Shown here: piece by piece, positions 54,106 to 64,000 of the stretch
Layout: each line of letters opens with the position of its first letter
Numbering within the stretch: the stretch's first letter is position 1
From: a virus
Virus record (IMG/VR): IMGVR_UViG_3300042914_003164
Location: 1 to 64,000 of that record
Reading direction: 5' to 3' (one strand)
Length of the DNA: 64,000 nucleotides
Notes under the pieces: generated by a model
Told to the model about the DNA's origin: nothing
The model's input: the letters and a program-made list of their open reading frames with translations, nothing else
Database searches by the model: none
Translations under genes and position numbers: made by a program

Positions 54106-54509
54106 GCCTGCATGACTACCTTGGGCTCAAACATGGATTTGGAGCTGACCCAAGAGACGGTAAAGCCGCAGATTGCCTCCTCCTTTGTTTTGCACTTCTT
54201 GAAGAGGGTGGTGCTTTTGCCCCAAAGCTTGACCCAAGCTGGATTGAGATGGCAAGAGCTGGCCTCTGGGGCTCTCTTGAGGCAATCTGGAACAGAATGA
54301 CGGTTGCTGTTGATGGCCCTGAGCCATTTGCAGTTACCCTCCACCGCAACAAGCCAAGACCCGATCACCCAAGACTTGGCGTTTCAACACTGATTGAAAC
54401 AGGCGGATCGCTGGGCATTGTTATGATTCATGCAAGAAAGGGTGTGATCTGGCTACCGCTATCTACACCCGGACTGCCAAAGTTTCAATTCAGGAAGTTC
54501 AAGCAGTGA
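54102..54509 (+). CDS. NlpC/P60-like tail assembly protein
   Basis: YLGL...FGADP....ADC motif. Confidence 0.55.
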   Translation: MSLHDYLGLKHGFGADPRDGKAADCLLLCFALLEEGGAFAPKLDPSWIEMARAGLWGSLEAIWNRMTVAVDGPEPFAVTLHRNKPRPDHPRLGVSTLIETGGSLGIVMIHARKGVIWLPLSTPGLPKFQFRKFKQ

Positions 54510-57500
54510 AGCCACATCTTCTGCCCATGCACTACCGGCTGGGGCGCCTGCTGGGCATGAGGCCGGAGGATGTCAAGCGCTTCTACTGGGAGGCCGCCAA
54601 GAAGGCCGCCGAGGGGCCTCAACCCGCTGTCGTGGCAGGCACTGGTGCCGAGACCCTGGCGATCATCGCTCTGGTCTCCTCTGCCATCAGCGTTGGCCTG
54701 ACCATCGTTGCCCAGTTCTTCCGGCCCAGTGATGCCGCTCCTGGGCGCCTGAAGCCGGTCGCCAGGGAGGGGAAGACGATCAGCGATGGCCGCCGGTATG
54801 CCCCGAGGGACGGCTTTGACGCGCTACAGGATGTTGCGCCGATTGGCGAGCGAATGCCGATTGTTTTTGCATTGCGCGAAACGATTGGTGGTGTCACTTA
54901 TGGCGGTATCAGGGTAAACACGCCGCTTCTTTGGAGCCAGATACAAACCATAAATGGCAGGCAGCTTCTTAGGCTGATTTTTCTGATTAGCGATGGGGGT
55001 GTTAGCGAAGTTGATCCAAATGGTTTTGCTATTGGCAATAACCTATTGAACGCTTACAACCTTGGCGATGGGACGCAGCTCGGTGCCTCCTATTCCGCTT
55101 ATCTGAGAGCGAATGGTGGTCGCATAAAGTCGGTCAATCGTATTGCAGGCAGGCAAGCAAACCTTGATCCAGGCAACGCTCAGAACCAAGGTGGCGGGGA
55201 TGTTTTTGAAGTTCGATCAATTGATGGTGTCCTTGCCCCCGACTTCTGCTCTGTAAGCAGGCCAGGGACAAACACGGCTTTTGGTGTTCACTCGCCAATT
55301 GGCAATAATCTTGGCTACAGAGTTAACCCTGTAATTAAGCCGAAGTACCAGGCGCAACTGGTGCCCAAGGGTGATGACGGCGATTCTAGGGTAAAATGCC
55401 AAGTCGATGAAGTTGCTGCGGCTCAAAGGCGAAAAGCAAAAGCATTCTTTTCCACTCGCTCTGGTTTTATTAGTGGCAATGCAAACGCTATTGGTAATAC
55501 GCTAACCTATGTTCTTGACAGGTCGAGCGATGTAGAAACTGACTTTGGTAAAGCCCTTGACCCTGGCGCGTGGAGTGTCGATGTTGAAGTTCAGCGTTTA
55601 TCTGGCAGTGCTACAACTGGTGTCGATTACAGTTCAACATCTTCTTCATCTTCTCTTTCTTTCGGTGCAGACGTACCGACCATAAATCAGTCTGCACTTA
55701 TTGGTGGAATTCAGTGGCTGAATGCGAGCGATAATGTTGTTTCTAGTCCAGTTGTTACAATCACTAATGTATCAAGCAGAAAGGTAGAACTTAGCACAAA
55801 ACTTCAGTACAGCGCATCAGGGTTGACAGACGCAGAAAAAGCCCAGCTCCTTTATTCAAGATTTAAGCTTACTTTTGTAAATAGCGCGGTTGATAACGAT
55901 GACGAGCCATCTGTTTTCTACAGGGTTGGCGTAAAGCAAAACAAAAATATCCCGATAAACTACGACATTGACTTTGGCAATGAAACATTTTCACTTGACT
56001 ACGGCTCAAGCACGACAGCCTATCAAGTTCAGTCCTCAGTGGATTCAAGGAAAACCGTAACCGCTCGTATCAACAAAAGCGAACTGATCAGTGAGCTGGC
56101 CGCTGACGTTGCATCTACAATTGCTGGCAAGCAAGAGCAGTGGGACGACTCTATACAACTCGGCGCTCTCTATAAATTTGGCACAGCCCTCCTTGTTTGC
56201 AGCTCTCGCAGCCCCGATGGTGAGGTTTTCTACAGCGAAGCCGGTTTTGAACAGCCGAGCGAAGAAGATCCCCCTCCAGGGCAAAGCATTACAGCAACCT
56301 TCACCGTCGTCAGGCCAGGGGTTGTCGCACTGACGAATCTTGCTGATCTTCGTGTTGATGGAAATGAAGACCAGCAGCCACAAAGATATGTGGGCACAAA
56401 CTTCCCGCATCTGTTCAGAATTGATATTGCAACTATCACAACTAATCGCCCAACGGAACTTGTTGAGCTTATTGTAAGGAGTAACCTTGGGATTAGAATC
56501 AACGGTCTTTGCAACTTCAGGGATACAATATCTTATGGAGCCGCTGACGACAAGGCTTGTCTTGACTACAAAGGAGACACAGTTTCCCCTGGTGCAACAT
56601 TAAAGCAGTATATCTATACATCGGGTGCCGTAACAACCTCTCAAATGAGGTACTCGTTTTTCAGGGTTCGCGTCCGCATTAGCGGCTCCAATGACCCATG
56701 GATTGAATTTCAGCAGTGCTACTGCTTCCGTGGCATTAGCCAGCAAAATCAGTTCAACACTATTCGCTTGCAGTTTCCGAGTGTGGCCCAATGGGAGATT
56801 GAGCTAGAGCCCCTCTCTGGCTGGGAAATCAGATCAGGCAACGCCAGCGGAACTTATGTCTTGATTGATGGGAAGCAGGAATCAAACTCAACCCTGATCA
56901 CCAAAACTCGGAACGGGGTAACGCTTCAGGTTTACGGTAGGGAGGGCAGCGGCGCTGATATTGGTGTTGGGCCGGGGAATGAGCCTTTCAGGCTTCCTGC
57001 TGTCCGCAAGGCACCAAGCCAGGGATACGGAGATTTGGGCTATGGATACACCGATGACGACGGTGATAACAGAACTCAGTTTGTGGACGTTTTTGGCGCA
57101 CTCGCTGAGACCTTTGTCTTTTCTGAAGTGACATCAACCGCTGAGGGCGGCCCCGAGCACGAGATTGTTGCAATAAATGAGATTGTCGAAAATACCACGA
57201 CTCCGCTTTATCCCGATATAGCAACAGGCGGGCTCAACATTCTTCCTGGAAATACTTTTCAGCAGCTTGGCCAGCACTCCGCTTACGTCAACGCTGGATT
57301 CCCAGACTGCAGGCGCTTAAGGAATAATTTGACACTTGGCCCCAGCCACCTATTGCCAGATATAGCGCTAGAGCTTTTAACAAATTCTATCTATGGAACT
57401 GGTGAAGACGTAAGCGATGACCAAATAGATTTTGACTCCTTCAAGGAGGCCGCAGACTGGTGCCATGCTAACAGGTATTTCTGCGACATCGGCTACACAC

Positions 57501-58381
57501 CACAAAATGTCATCGAATGGATCAGTCAAACAGCCGAACAACACCTTCTGCTGTTCCTTGAGATCGACGGAAAATTTGTGCTTAAGCCGCTTTTTCCCTA
57601 TACACCGGGTAACTACACAGACTGGAGCCAAAAAGTTGACATCAAAGGGATGTTTGGCCTGCTGCAGATCAAGTCTTTCTCGTTCGCTGCTGTTGAAGAA
57701 GAGGCTCGCAGGCCAATTCAAGCTTCGGGCAAGTGGAGAGAGGAAAGAAAGGTCAGCAACGTAACAAATCCTGGCATATTCCCGAACGAAAGAGAAGTTC
57801 TGGTCAGGGAGGCGGATCCGAAGTCTTCCGATTCCGATCCAATTCAATCGTTTGACCTTTCAGACTTCGCTACAAACGAAAAGCATTTAATTGACTATCT
57901 CAAGTACAAAGCAAGAGTTCGTCGCCTTTCAACTCATGGCTGCACGATTGAGCTTACACAGGATTCTCTTCTTTCTCCGCTTAGGCCAGGGGATTATGTT
58001 CAAATCCCCGTAGAAATGACTTTCTATAGCGAGTTTAAGACTGGAATCATCAGGAGTGACGGTGTTCTAGTTGCAACTCAAGACATAGGGCCTGGCACGT
58101 ATCCGGCCCTGGTTTGGAGTGGAACAGCCGAAGACAGCCCAGCGGAGGGAAGCATTGTTGTAGCGACTGATGGAACAGCGCAGCCAGAGGGGACTATTTT
58201 TTCCATAAAGGAAACCAGCTCAGACCTTAAAACTTACAGGATTACTGACATAAATCCCAGCGAAAACGCTGGCTTCACCCTTGATCTTATTGAATCGCCA
58301 ATTGATAGCTCGGGCAGGCTGGTTCTGTCCCAGAATTGGGGAGGGACATCATCCAACGCCAACTGGGAGATCTTAAAATGA
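54506..58381 (+). CDS. tail tip/hub (host-specificity J-like) protein
   Basis: 1291 aa; G...PIVF, GGIRVN..LLWSQ, IDFDSF..AADWC, LRPGDYV. Confidence 0.75.
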   Translation: MKPHLLPMHYRLGRLLGMRPEDVKRFYWEAAKKAAEGPQPAVVAGTGAETLAIIALVSSAISVGLTIVAQFFRPSDAAPGRLKPVAREGKTISDGRRYAPRDGFDALQDVAPIGERMPIVFALRETIGGVTYGGIRVNTPLLWSQIQTINGRQLLRLIFLISDGGVSEVDPNGFAIGNNLLNAYNLGDGTQLGASYSAYLRANGGRIKSVNRIAGRQANLDPGNAQNQGGGDVFEVRSIDGVLAPDFCSVSRPGTNTAFGVHSPIGNNLGYRVNPVIKPKYQAQLVPKGDDGDSRVKCQVDEVAAAQRRKAKAFFSTRSGFISGNANAIGNTLTYVLDRSSDVETDFGKALDPGAWSVDVEVQRLSGSATTGVDYSSTSSSSSLSFGADVPTINQSALIGGIQWLNASDNVVSSPVVTITNVSSRKVELSTKLQYSASGLTDAEKAQLLYSRFKLTFVNSAVDNDDEPSVFYRVGVKQNKNIPINYDIDFGNETFSLDYGSSTTAYQVQSSVDSRKTVTARINKSELISELAADVASTIAGKQEQWDDSIQLGALYKFGTALLVCSSRSPDGEVFYSEAGFEQPSEEDPPPGQSITATFTVVRPGVVALTNLADLRVDGNEDQQPQRYVGTNFPHLFRIDIATITTNRPTELVELIVRSNLGIRINGLCNFRDTISYGAADDKACLDYKGDTVSPGATLKQYIYTSGAVTTSQMRYSFFRVRVRISGSNDPWIEFQQCYCFRGISQQNQFNTIRLQFPSVAQWEIELEPLSGWEIRSGNASGTYVLIDGKQESNSTLITKTRNGVTLQVYGREGSGADIGVGPGNEPFRLPAVRKAPSQGYGDLGYGYTDDDGDNRTQFVDVFGALAETFVFSEVTSTAEGGPEHEIVAINEIVENTTTPLYPDIATGGLNILPGNTFQQLGQHSAYVNAGFPDCRRLRNNLTLGPSHLLPDIALELLTNSIYGTGEDVSDDQIDFDSFKEAADWCHANRYFCDIGYTPQNVIEWISQTAEQHLLLFLEIDGKFVLKPLFPYTPGNYTDWSQKVDIKGMFGLLQIKSFSFAAVEEEARRPIQASGKWREERKVSNVTNPGIFPNEREVLVREADPKSSDSDPIQSFDLSDFATNEKHLIDYLKYKARVRRLSTHGCTIELTQDSLLSPLRPGDYVQIPVEMTFYSEFKTGIIRSDGVLVATQDIGPGTYPALVWSGTAEDSPAEGSIVVATDGTAQPEGTIFSIKETSSDLKTYRITDINPSENAGFTLDLIESPIDSSGRLVLSQNWGGTSSNANWEILK

Positions 58382-58788
58382 GCACCGTTGACTTTCCGTT
58401 GATAATTCCGTCATCCATGGAGTTTTCGCCTCCAGAATTTCCAATAGGCGAAGATGTAAGCATTGGAGGTGTCTATACAAGGCGCAGGTTTGGCAATCGC
58501 CCATCAGAGGGTAGACTTCAGACCGAGTTCAGTAATGTCGCAAATTCAATTGCCGCTTCTGTGCTAAAAAGTCATCTGGACTCAGGCGGCCTTGCCTCAA
58601 TCAACTTTGACTCCTCCTTTTTCTCGGGTGCGGGAGTGGAATTGCTGGTCTACTTAAACAATAGCGCCTATCAAGGGCTTTCCTGGTACTTTGCCAAGGG
58701 GTCGCCGCCACGTATCAACAGGGTAGAGGGTGGCGGGCAGCTATCAAATATGTCCATTGAGTTCGTTGCTAGGCTGGTCGCAGGCTAG
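58378..58788 (+). CDS. distal-tail-like minor tail protein
   Basis: FP.I.PS, R..G.R, F.N, W.F...P. Confidence 0.5.
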   Translation: MSTVDFPLIIPSSMEFSPPEFPIGEDVSIGGVYTRRRFGNRPSEGRLQTEFSNVANSIAASVLKSHLDSGGLASINFDSSFFSGAGVELLVYLNNSAYQGLSWYFAKGSPPRINRVEGGGQLSNMSIEFVARLVAG

Positions 58789-58813
58789 TACGCTCTTTTC
58801 CGCTGTTTCAGTC

Positions 58814-59215
58814 ATGGGTATCGCAACCGGCGCAGACGCCTATGTTTACTGGAATGGCTTCCATGTAGGAAGCTTTATCTCTGCGGAGCAGCCGACTGAA
58901 AAGCCTGCTCTTGAGACGACTCCGCTTGGTGTCTCGGACAGAACCTATGTCAGTAGCAGGCTGAGAAACAACACCTTCTCTGGCACCCTTTTCTACGATC
59001 CTCAAGACTCAACCGCTAACTCACTGATTAACGCGATTGATCAAAATAACGCAGTTGATGGCGTAATGAAGGTCGAATGGATCAAGAACACGTCTGATGG
59101 AGCCAGGGAAGGAAGTGCCATTGTTACGTCTCGCGGTGCATCGGTTTCCGTTGGGGACTTGATGCGTGTCAACATATCTATTCAGTTTACCGGAGCCGTT
59201 ACTGGCAGCTTCTAA
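58814..59215 (+). CDS. tail-tube-fold minor protein
   Basis: LETT.LG..DRTYV, SGTLFY, SVGDL....I.F. Confidence 0.55.
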   Translation: MGIATGADAYVYWNGFHVGSFISAEQPTEKPALETTPLGVSDRTYVSSRLRNNTFSGTLFYDPQDSTANSLINAIDQNNAVDGVMKVEWIKNTSDGAREGSAIVTSRGASVSVGDLMRVNISIQFTGAVTGSF

Positions 59216-60264
59216 TGTCTGTAATCCTTGGTGCTGGCGGCGCAATTGAGTTCAGTCGTGAGTGGCCTGATCCCACTGCGCTTCCACAGTCCGCTGCCAA
59301 GCAATCCTCAATCCTTTGCCGTGAGCCAGGCTTTTGGACTGGTCAGCGAGTTTTGATCTATTCGCATCTTGGCGTCCCCCTAAAAATAAATGGCGCAGCA
59401 TACGCTCCATGTCCAGACGGCCACAGGTTCTGGGGTGACAAGGGCGTGGCTGGCCCCAGAACCCTGCACAGAGGGTCGGATTCAAAGCCCTTTTGGCGCC
59501 TCAGCGACTCTTCGTGCTTCTGGGAGGATGAATCATCGGTCGGTCTCGTAAGACTCGTTTCTGCGTATATCCATAGGAATCAAATTGATCAGATAACTTT
59601 TTATACTTCCGAGTCGCACGCTGTTAGCAAAAACCCTGCAGGCTTGGTCCCCTTCTCTCCTGTTCACTATCAAAGTCTTTTGATAGCTCCATACGATTCG
59701 TCAAACGCTTACCAGCTCAGTGTCGAAGCTCTTGGGCTTGCGCTGTTTGGAGCAGGCATAGACAAAGAAGTGCCATCCACAAATCTATTTGAAACGCCGG
59801 AGCCAATTCAAAAATCTTACGACGACCCCGAGAGAAGAGGTTGGCACTTTTTAGCAGAATGCCGTGACTGGGCGCTGCAAACTGACCCGTCCGTTCTCGA
59901 TTCAACCGCAATTGGCGAGGATTTTGGTGATAGCGTCAAGGATGTTGTGAGGGGGTCTGGCAGCTTCAACTGCTATATCCCTGTCGGCTTAAGTAGCTCT
60001 GGCAAGGTGGATGCAAAGAGCTTTGTAAGGCTTTCCTTGATGACCGAGACCGGATCCAAAGCCAGAGCGAGATTCAGGGTGCAGGAGGAGGCTTTGGGAA
60101 CCTGCGAACCGGAAGAGACCGTCTGGTTTGAATGTGACATGCTGCTTGGCCCAGGGGAAATATCTGCGTCTTTTGATGGCGCGGTGAACTACAGCGCTCA
60201 ATTCGTCGTCGTCAAAGATAAAGATGGCATGGGCATCAAGCCTGTAATAGGCGTTTTCTCCTAG
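59215..60264 (+). CDS. minor tail protein with C-terminal tube-like domain
   Basis: DW.L.T....LD.T.IG..F......GSGSF. Confidence 0.55.
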   Translation: MSVILGAGGAIEFSREWPDPTALPQSAAKQSSILCREPGFWTGQRVLIYSHLGVPLKINGAAYAPCPDGHRFWGDKGVAGPRTLHRGSDSKPFWRLSDSSCFWEDESSVGLVRLVSAYIHRNQIDQITFYTSESHAVSKNPAGLVPFSPVHYQSLLIAPYDSSNAYQLSVEALGLALFGAGIDKEVPSTNLFETPEPIQKSYDDPERRGWHFLAECRDWALQTDPSVLDSTAIGEDFGDSVKDVVRGSGSFNCYIPVGLSSSGKVDAKSFVRLSLMTETGSKARARFRVQEEALGTCEPEETVWFECDMLLGPGEISASFDGAVNYSAQFVVVKDKDGMGIKPVIGVFS

Positions 60265-60319
60265 CCGAATCAGTCCAGAACGGCTTGGCTAGGCTAGTGG
60301 CACGCTGTTGGGATAAAAC

Positions 60320-63300
60320 GTGCCTGCTCTCGCCCCGTCCGACTCAAGCGGTTTCATAAACGACGCCGAAGACCAAGGAGCGGTTAAAGAGCAGCTTGGC
60401 GTACTGGTTGATATGCTGCGCCAAATTGGCGGAAACGCCAATGTAGTTGCTGGTGCTCTTGAGCAAGCCGACCCCCTTTCCTCGCCTTTCACTCTTTACG
60501 TCAACCCATATATCGGCTCAGACAATTTTGTAGGCGGATCTTACAACAGCTTTGAGGCTGGCTCGACCGACGAAGAGATTATTGCGAGCAAGCTCAAAAG
60601 AATTGAAAAGCAAAGGCTTGAGTGCGGCTATACCCCATATAGACCGTTCAAGAGTATCAACAGGGCCGCAATTGAAGCAGCGATCATTACGAGCAAGGAA
60701 TGGTACACCTATTCCGATCCGAAGGCTCATGTTGACTGCGTAACGATTGTTTTAAGCGGTGGCGTTCACATTGTCTACAACAATCCCAGCAGCAGCCCTA
60801 CGGGTCTGGCGAGCTGGGGGGAGTCAAAGACACCAACGATTGAAGAGCTGATAGCTTTCAACCCTGTTACAGGTGGTGTACTTCTTCCTCGTGGCTGCTC
60901 GATGTATGGGCAGGATCTACGCAAAACAACCATTCGCCCCAACTGGGTTCCAGCTGCTGTAGACGAAGCCGCAGACTACAGCAATCGCAGGGCGATTCTG
61001 AAGGTAAGCGGAACCGGATTCTTTTTCAATGCTACCGCCATGGACAAGGTGGGGCATACGGAATCCGTTCACCTGCTTGATGTATTCCAGCCGGGGAGCA
61101 AAGCAGAGCTTGATGCCTTCTACCTGAAGATTGCATCCGCTGTTGGCTCTGGCGCTGATCTTGCAAACGGGCTTCTTGTTACCCGCCCAAGCGAGCACGA
61201 AATCGTAGGCCCCATCAATCAGGCACAAGCGCCCACCTCCAGCTGGGATACCACTGCTGGTGCATCGCCTTACATTTTCAATTTCTCTGTTCGTTCTGAG
61301 TATGGAATGGGCGGTGCATTCTGGGATGGTGACAAGATAAGCGGCTTAAAGTCAATGGTTTGCGCTAACTTCACCGGCACAAACCAGCAAAAAGACCTGA
61401 GGTGCTGGCAAGTTTACGAAGGTGGCAACTGGGTTACTCTGACAAATTCCAGCCAAGATTACCAAAAATACATTGATACTTCACCGGACAATTTAAGAAG
61501 GAATCCAGCTCGTACGACCCGTCATATCTCCGCTATCAATGATGCCTATATCCAGAAGGTATCCATCTTTGGGATTGGCCAAGGCGAAGTCACGCTGGCT
61601 GACAACGGTGGCGAGATTACAGATAACGGAGGCAATTCTACCTTTGGTGGCTGCAGCGCCATTGCCAAGGGTTACAAGCGTGCAGCTTTTGCAAAAGATA
61701 AAAACTGGACCGTAGGCCGTATCAGGGTCCCCCTTAACCTGAGCGAGAAGCTGGGGAATCTTCGCAGGATATATCTTGGTGTTGTCGCCAGCGTAAGTAG
61801 TTCGGGGATCACCCTTACCAGTGGTCTTGCAATCGACGCCAGTTCAGCGACGACCCCGGCTGTCCTGCTTGCCGATGGCTACACCCTGGCCAGTGGCTCT
61901 CGAATCTGGATCGACAACCCCAACGGCCCGGACTGGAGGGCCACGCTGACCGGCTCTGCCTGGAGCAGCTCGACGCCTGCGGTGATCAACACCACCGGAG
62001 AGCCCCTTCAGGCCACCACGAACGCCCCTGCGGGCACTGCCGCTGTTGGCAGGCGGGTCTACATTCGCCGGGTCGTTGACACCCGTTCAGTGGCCGAGCG
62101 GAGGGTGTCCCTCCTACTGAACAACACCGCCAGCGCTCGACTGCCCCAGCGCGATTCGGTGCTCCAGACGGATCCCGCTCGATCTGGTGGTGCGATCAGC
62201 CGCGTCCTCGCACCTGGCGGCGAGGAGGTTCTGATTGTTTCTGGCGTTGGCGTTGGCGAAACCCCTGGCAGCGGGGTTGCGAAAACGGCTGAGATAACAA
62301 TTCGTCGCGGCGCTCCCAGCAAAGCCTATGATACAAATGCAACTTTTTACCGGCAAGGGACTGTAGTTCGCCACCAAGGTAAGCACTGGCAAGCAAAGAA
62401 CGATCTGATCAGTTCTGGTGCATCGCCTGATCCGCGATTCTGGGGTGAAGTGTTTGTTCACATGCCAAGCGCCTTCAACCCAGAGGATCCGATCAGTCAA
62501 GAAACTCCGATTTTGGTACTCGACACAGATACCAGCGACAGCGAAGATTCGACAACCCTTGGTATCAACTGGACAACCGCATGGACGGCTGCGGGTCCAA
62601 TCCGTGACCAGTATCGGGCAAGTACCGACTACCTCGGGGCGTACGCTCTTTTGCGTGCCCTCGGCTTTACAGAATCTGCGGCGCACAACGCACTTGTGCC
62701 AAAGGTTCAGCAAGTCCGTGAGCTGGATCCCTCCAGTTCGCTTGATTTTCCTGTCGCTCCCGCTGGTGGAGCTACTACTGGACTTGGCAGCTGGGCGGTG
62801 GAGTTTAGAAGGCCGTCAACAATCCGCCTCTACAACCATCAATGGGAGTGGGCTGGATACGGAAACTACTCAAAAGCAATGCCTGCCGTCCAGCAGGACA
62901 TGAGTGAATTCAACAAATTCACCTATTACTTTACAAACGCTTTTGGCGGCAGAGTAGTTCCAAAAGGCAGTAACGAAGACGGCTACGAGGTTTCGCCGCG
63001 TGGCCTCGAAGATATTGCGACCGGATCAACCATCAGCCCAGAGGATCTTGGCGGTCTTGGTATTGACGATGCCCAAAGAACTGACTTCCCAAATGGCATC
63101 CAGGTCGGCGCAACGGCCTTAGTGCAGGATCTTGAGATAAGCGGTCTTGTAACTTATTCCGATCAATCGCTTGCGAAGACCACCAGGAATGGTGCTGTTC
63201 AGCTTGCCAGCTACGAGGAGCTAACGGAGACCACCGACATCCCCATTGCAGGCAGCGATGCCTCGATTGAGGCACTGCCTCATGTTGTGACAATTGGCGG

Positions 63301-64000
63301 CCTTAATCGTTGGACAATTACTCAAAGCCTGATCAATGCCAGCACCGATGTAATTCCTGTTTACGTTCGGCAGGGAGCGACTAACAGAAACCTTGACCAG
63401 ATGCTGGAAAATCCGCCAACTGACAAGGCATTCGCTGTTCCAACCTTGGCTAGGGCGGCTGAGTACGCCAACGCCATAATCGGAAGCGGGAATCGCACCG
63501 CAGAGATCAGGATTGCAGCCGGCCTTTACAGTCCTGGGTCGGTCTGGGAATGCAATGTCAAGTTTGTAGCATGGAACGCAGACCACACTGCGGTCAAATG
63601 GGCAAGCAACAGCCTTGGCACCAATAGTACGCCAAACAACTATTTTGATGGCACTGGTTACTACGATTTAGATGGATTCGACGACTTTACTTGTGTAAAC
63701 TTCCACTCTTTTGCGATTAGTCTTGATTCCAACTCGGAATCCGGTGGCTCGCTTCAGGTAAACTGCATTCCGCTTAACATGCGATTCGCTCGGGGTTTTG
63801 ACTTTGAGGGCGGATTTCACTTTCTTGGCCTACCGCACGTCATCCGTGCGGTAGCCGAAGGTAGGCTGGCGGCTACCGATCTTGTTTACAATTCTACTGG
63901 ATTTGTCTATCCGCCGACAAGTTCTTACACGACAAACACAACCACAAACGTAGACACCTTGCTCAATGAAATATGTAAGGCAAACAATAGGAATCCCGAC
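60320..64000 (+). CDS. tail fibre/large structural protein (truncated by window end, absent from ORF track)
   Basis: GTG 60320; LYVNPYIGSD...GYTPYRPFKSINRAAIEAA cyanophage fibre motif; no other long ORF in this span; N-terminus hand-translated, remainder only spot-checked. Confidence 0.8.
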   Translation, partial: MPALAPSDSSGFINDAEDQGAVKEQLGVLVDMLRQIGGNANVVAGALEQADPLSSPFTLYVNPYIGSDNFVGGSYNSFEAGSTDEEIIASKLKRIEKQRLECGYTPYRPFKSINRAAIEAAIITSKEWYTYSDPKAHVDCVTIVLSGGVHIVYNNPSSSPTGLASWGESKTPTIEELIAFNPVTGGVLLPRGCSMYGQDLRKTTIRPNWVPAAVDEAADYSNRRAILKVSGTGFFFNATAMDKVGHTESVHLLDVFQPGSKAELDAFYLKIASAVGSGADLANGLLVTRPSEHEIVGPINQAQAPTSSWDTTAGASPYIFNFSVRSEYGMGGAFWDGDKISGLKSMVCANFTGTNQQKDLRCWQVYEGGNWVTLTNSSQDYQKYIDTSPDNLRRNPARTTRHISAINDAYIQKVSIFGIGQGEVTLADNGGEITDNGGNSTFGGCSAIAKGYKRAAFAKDKNWTVGRIRVPLNLSEKLGNLRRIYLGVVASVSSSGITLTSGLAIDASSATTPAVLLADGYTLASGSRIWIDNPNGPDWRATLTGSAWSSSTPAVINTTGEPLQATTNAPAGTAAVGRRVYIRRVVDTRSVAERRVSLLLNNTASARLPQRDSVLQTDPARSGGAISRVLAPGGEEVLIVSGVGVGETPGSGVAKTAEITIRRGAPSKAYDTNATFYRQGTVVRHQGKHWQAKNDLISSGASPDPRFWGEVFVHMPSAFNPEDPISQETPILVLDTDTSDSEDSTTLGINWTTAWTAAGPIRDQYRASTDYLGAYALLRALGFTESAAHNALVPKVQQVRELDPSSSLDFPVAPAGGATTGLGSWAVEFRRPSTIRLYNHQWEWAGYGNYSKAMPAVQQDMSEFNKFTYYFTNAFGGRVVPKGSNEDGYEVSPRGLEDIATGSTISPEDLGGLGIDDAQRTDFPNGIQVGATALVQDLEISGLVTYSDQSLAKTTRNGAVQLASYEELTETTDIPIAGSDASIEALPHVVTIGGLNRWTITQSLINASTDVIPVYVRQGATNRNLDQMLENPPTDKAFAVPTLARAAEYANAIIGSGNRTAEIRIAAGLYSPGSVWECNVKFVAWNADHTAVKWASNSLGTNSTPNNYFDGTGYYDLDGFDDFTCVNFHSFAISLDSNSESGGSLQVNCIPLNMRFARGFDFEGGFHFLGLPHVIRAVAEGRLAATDLVYNSTGFVYPPTSSYTTNTTTNVDTLLNEICKANNRNPD

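Noticed and set aside
1-64000. Prophage boundaries, integrase, IS or DGR
   Set aside because: No recombinase, transposase, reverse transcriptase or host housekeeping genes recognised; the whole window looks phage-derived.

Overview
Part of a long-tailed (siphovirus-like) dsDNA phage genome, most likely a cyanophage (NblA-like gene, cyanophage-type hypothetical proteins, cyanophage-type tail fibre N-terminus). Layout: (1) 1-5.7 kb, + strand, tightly coupled small early/accessory genes; (2) 5.8-9.8 kb, a TerS-like gene, a wHTH/Rep-like gene, iteron-like repeats and phased degenerate 7-bp arrays, ending where + and - transcription converge; (3) 9.8-33.6 kb, blocks of small hypothetical genes around a divergent promoter pair at 19.05-19.15 kb, including rtcB, a SLOG/DprA-like gene, a double glycosyltransferase, an NblA-like gene and a ~560-nt stretch with no good ORF that folds by hand into a large multi-helix RNA; (4) 34-64 kb, morphogenesis: TerL, portal, scaffold, small basic proteins, major capsid, head-tail joining, tail tube, frameshifting chaperone, 2677-aa tape measure with an M23 peptidase, tail tip, and a tail fibre running off the window end. 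I saw no integrase, DNA polymerase/helicase, tRNA or CRISPR. Best candidates for something new: the large pseudoknotted ncRNA at ~23.58-24.13 kb, the NYTNNAS heptamer pattern over the first ~9.8 kb, and a covarying hairpin repeated in early intergenic regions. All family calls come from motif recognition by eye, not database searches.
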